Below are positions 61,611 through 64,000 of a DNA stretch of 64,000 bases, piece by piece (position 1 is the first letter of the stretch; the number at the start of each line of letters is the position of its first letter). The stretch is from an uncultured Candidatus Rokubacteria bacterium. GTDB lineage: Bacteria > Methylomirabilota > Methylomirabilia > Rokubacteriales > DASRDR01. The DNA is taken from NCBI GenBank assembly GCA_963805625.1, contig CAWDVE010000017.1, forward strand, positions 768,001 to 832,000. The letters run 5' to 3'. Position numbers and translations under genes: made by a program. The notes below the pieces were generated by a model that was given only the letters and a program-made list of their open reading frames with translations, did not search any database and was not told where the DNA came from.

Positions 61611-62915
61611 GTGGGTGACCTGACGACGCCGGTCGAGACGCTGCCGCGCGCCGACCTCGAGCGGCTTCAGCTCGAGCGTCTCCGCGCTCTGGTGGCGCGC
61701 GCTGCGCGGGTGCCGCTCCATCGGGACCGGCTCGCCGCTGCCGGGATGGGGCCGGACGGGATTCGCGCGCTCGACGACCTCCGGCGGCTGCCCTTCACGA
61801 CGAAGGCCGACTTCCGCGACACGTACCCGTTCGGTCTCCTCGCCGTGCCGATGGACGAGGTCGTGCGCATCCACGCCTCCTCCGGGACCACGGGGAAGCC
61901 AACCGTGGTCTTCTATACGCGTGGGGATCTGGACGTCTGGACCGAGGTGATGGGCCGGACGCTCCGGGCGGGCGGCGTTCGTCGGGGCGACGTCGTGCAG
62001 AACGCCTACGGGTACGGCCTGTTCACGGGCGGCCTCGGCTTCCACTACGGCGCGGAATCTCTGGGCGCCGCGGTCATTCCGGTGTCCGGCGGCTTCACGG
62101 AGCGCCAGCTGCTCGCCTTCCAGGATCTCGGGACCACGGTGCTCTGCTGCACGCCCTCCTATGCGCTCCACCTGGCCGAGGCGATCGAGGAGGCCGGCCT
62201 GTCCGTGGAGACCCTGCGCCTCCGCGTGGGCTTCTTCGGCGCGGAGCCGTGGACCGAGGCCATGCGGACCGCCATCGAGCAGCGGCTCCGCCTGATGGCG
62301 CTCAACATCTACGGGCTGTCGGAGGTCACGGGCCCCGGGGTCGCCGTCGAGTGCCCCGAGCGCCGGGGCATGCACGTGGCGGAGGACCACTTCTTGCCCG
62401 AGGTGGTCGACCCCAAGACTCTCGAGCCGTTGCCTCCCGGCACGACGGGCGAGCTCGTGCTCACGACGCTCAGCAAGCAGGGGATGCCGCTCCTCCGGTA
62501 CCGCACGCGCGACCTCACGTCCCTCGATCCCGCCCCGTGCCGCTGCGGGCGAACACTGGTCCGGCTCGAGCGCATCATGGCGCGGTCCGACGACATGCTG
62601 ATCATCCGCGGCGTCAACGTGTATCCCTCGCAGGTGGAGCACGCCCTGCTCCAGGCGCCGGAGCTCGCTCCGCACTATCTCCTGGTGGTGCGGCGCGAGC
62701 ACGCTCTCGACACCCTCGAGGTGCAGGTGGAAGGCCAGCCGGGAGCGGTGCCGCCCGGGGAGGGCGCGGTCGGGGCGCTCACCGCGCGCGTCCGTCGCCG
62801 GCTCCTCGAGTCCCTCGGGGTGTCGGTCGAGGTCAGCATCGTGGCGCCGAAGACGATCGAGCGGAGCGCCGGGAAGGCCAAGCGCGTCCTCGACCTCCGG
62901 GGGCAGGGAGGCTGA
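61611..62915 (+). CDS. paaK: Phenylacetate-CoA ligase
   Basis: AGGAGG RBS, RIHASSGTTGKP, YGYGLFTGGLGFHYG, GAEPW, YGLSE, RYRTRD, DDMLIIRGVNVYPSQ, GKAKRV. Confidence 0.9.
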   Translation: MGDLTTPVETLPRADLERLQLERLRALVARAARVPLHRDRLAAAGMGPDGIRALDDLRRLPFTTKADFRDTYPFGLLAVPMDEVVRIHASSGTTGKPTVVFYTRGDLDVWTEVMGRTLRAGGVRRGDVVQNAYGYGLFTGGLGFHYGAESLGAAVIPVSGGFTERQLLAFQDLGTTVLCCTPSYALHLAEAIEEAGLSVETLRLRVGFFGAEPWTEAMRTAIEQRLRLMALNIYGLSEVTGPGVAVECPERRGMHVAEDHFLPEVVDPKTLEPLPPGTTGELVLTTLSKQGMPLLRYRTRDLTSLDPAPCRCGRTLVRLERIMARSDDMLIIRGVNVYPSQVEHALLQAPELAPHYLLVVRREHALDTLEVQVEGQPGAVPPGEGAVGALTARVRRRLLESLGVSVEVSIVAPKTIERSAGKAKRVLDLRGQGG

Positions 62916-62924
62916 TCCGGGCGA

Positions 62925-64000
62925 TTAGCCGGCCGGGGTCGAGGTGTCGCGGAGCAGCCGGTGGAGCTCCTCGGGGGCGACGGCCCCCCCGGCGGCCATG
63001 GGCCCGCCGGGGGGCGTCCGGAGGAGGTAGAAGCCCTCGAAGGCGTGCTGTCCCGTGAACTTCTGACCGATGGCCGGGGCCGCCACGCGCGGCTCGGCGA
63101 GACGGAGGGGCGAGTCGAAGGTCGCGTCCTCCCAGTAGACGACCAGGTCCGGCAAGGGCGACGTCGCTGCCGCCGCGGCGTCGGGAGCCGTGCGGAACAC
63201 GGCGCGGACGATCGGCCGGCCGTCGACGTGGCGCGCTCCCCGCAGCGTTCGCTCGAGCCGCGCGCAGAGCTCGTCGTAGCCGCCGGGTTCGACGATGCCC
63301 TGCGCCTCGCGCCCCCGGAGATTGACCCGGACCCATCCGTTCTGATCGGTTGGCAGCGAGAAGGCGGTCGTGCGCGACCAGTCGTACGCGGGCACCCACA
63401 TCGCCGGCTGGGAGAGGCGGACGGTGAGCGCTCGCGGCACCCGGCGGTGGTAGAGGCGCTTGACGGCGCCGGGCAGGCTGCCCTTGACGATGGCCGCGGC
63501 CCGCCGGGCCGCCTCCGATCGCGAGTGGCGCCACCAGGGCCGCTCGACGGCGAAGCCGCTGGCCTTCAGGAGCGGTTCCAGAATCGTCGGGATGCCTTGC
63601 GCCGCGCGCATCCCGTGGAGGGAGAAGACCAGCACCGTCGCCCGAGGACCCGCCACGTCGCGGAGACGGCCGATCTCCCGATCGACGGCCTGCAGGAGCT
63701 CCAGCAGGCCCTGGCCGTGCCGCTCGTCCGGCGTGGCCAGGCCGTGATCCGGGTGCGTGGGGTCGATGGTGTGCCACACGAGATGCGCCGCGTGGTGCAC
63801 CTCCGGGAACACCAGGACGAAGAGATCGGGCGTGGTCCCAACGAGCAGCCGCTCCGCCAGCCGCCCGCGCTGCTCCACGCCCTGTAGGCAGCTCGCGACG
63901 GCGCGCTCGAGTCCTGCATGATCGCGGGGCCCCGCGGCGTCGACGGCCCCGGCGGCAAAAGGATGCGTTCCGCCGGCGCTGCGGACGAGTGTCTCGAGGG
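62925..64000 (-). CDS. Alkaline-phosphatase-superfamily phosphodiesterase, 3' part; starts beyond the window
   Basis: Frame open to the window edge; FPEVHHAAHLVW, VFSLHGM, DWSRTTAF, RVNLRGREAQGIV, PDLVV, TGQHAFEG. Confidence 0.75.
   Translation of the reverse strand, partial: LETLVRSAGGTHPFAAGAVDAAGPRDHAGLERAVASCLQGVEQRGRLAERLLVGTTPDLFVLVFPEVHHAAHLVWHTIDPTHPDHGLATPDERHGQGLLELLQAVDREIGRLRDVAGPRATVLVFSLHGMRAAQGIPTILEPLLKASGFAVERPWWRHSRSEAARRAAAIVKGSLPGAVKRLYHRRVPRALTVRLSQPAMWVPAYDWSRTTAFSLPTDQNGWVRVNLRGREAQGIVEPGGYDELCARLERTLRGARHVDGRPIVRAVFRTAPDAAAAATSPLPDLVVYWEDATFDSPLRLAEPRVAAPAIGQKFTGQHAFEGFYLLRTPPGGPMAAGGAVAPEELHRLLRDTSTPAG

Overview
High-GC bacterial DNA with a diderm gene set; the coding style suggests a Rokubacteria/Methylomirabilota-like organism (inference only). 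No rRNA, tRNA, CRISPR array or transposase was seen. About 1-53 kb is a mosaic envelope and ion-homeostasis region. It carries a sigma-54-linked OprD porin, Orn/Lys/Arg decarboxylase and AspT-type antiporter module, two paralogous sigma-54 activators, a wHTH-AAA-TPR regulator, a TamB/Omp85/SurA-like operon, MlaEFD-PqiC, MltF, an AI-2E transporter, beta-carbonic anhydrase, K+ channel, CAX, NhaA and an RND pump, with gene remnants in many spacers. From about 53 kb the genes are metabolic (methyltransferase, Gfo/Idh/MocA, AOR, GT-C with discoidin domains, PaaK, phosphodiesterase). The main unexplained signals are: a 35-bp motif with a fixed-distance CATGAT, present three times around the wHTH-AAA-TPR gene and a small neighbouring ORF; three candidate sigma-54 promoters; a protein built from 22-aa repeats; a 120-bp inverted-repeat element; and several +1 frameshifts that may be assembly errors.
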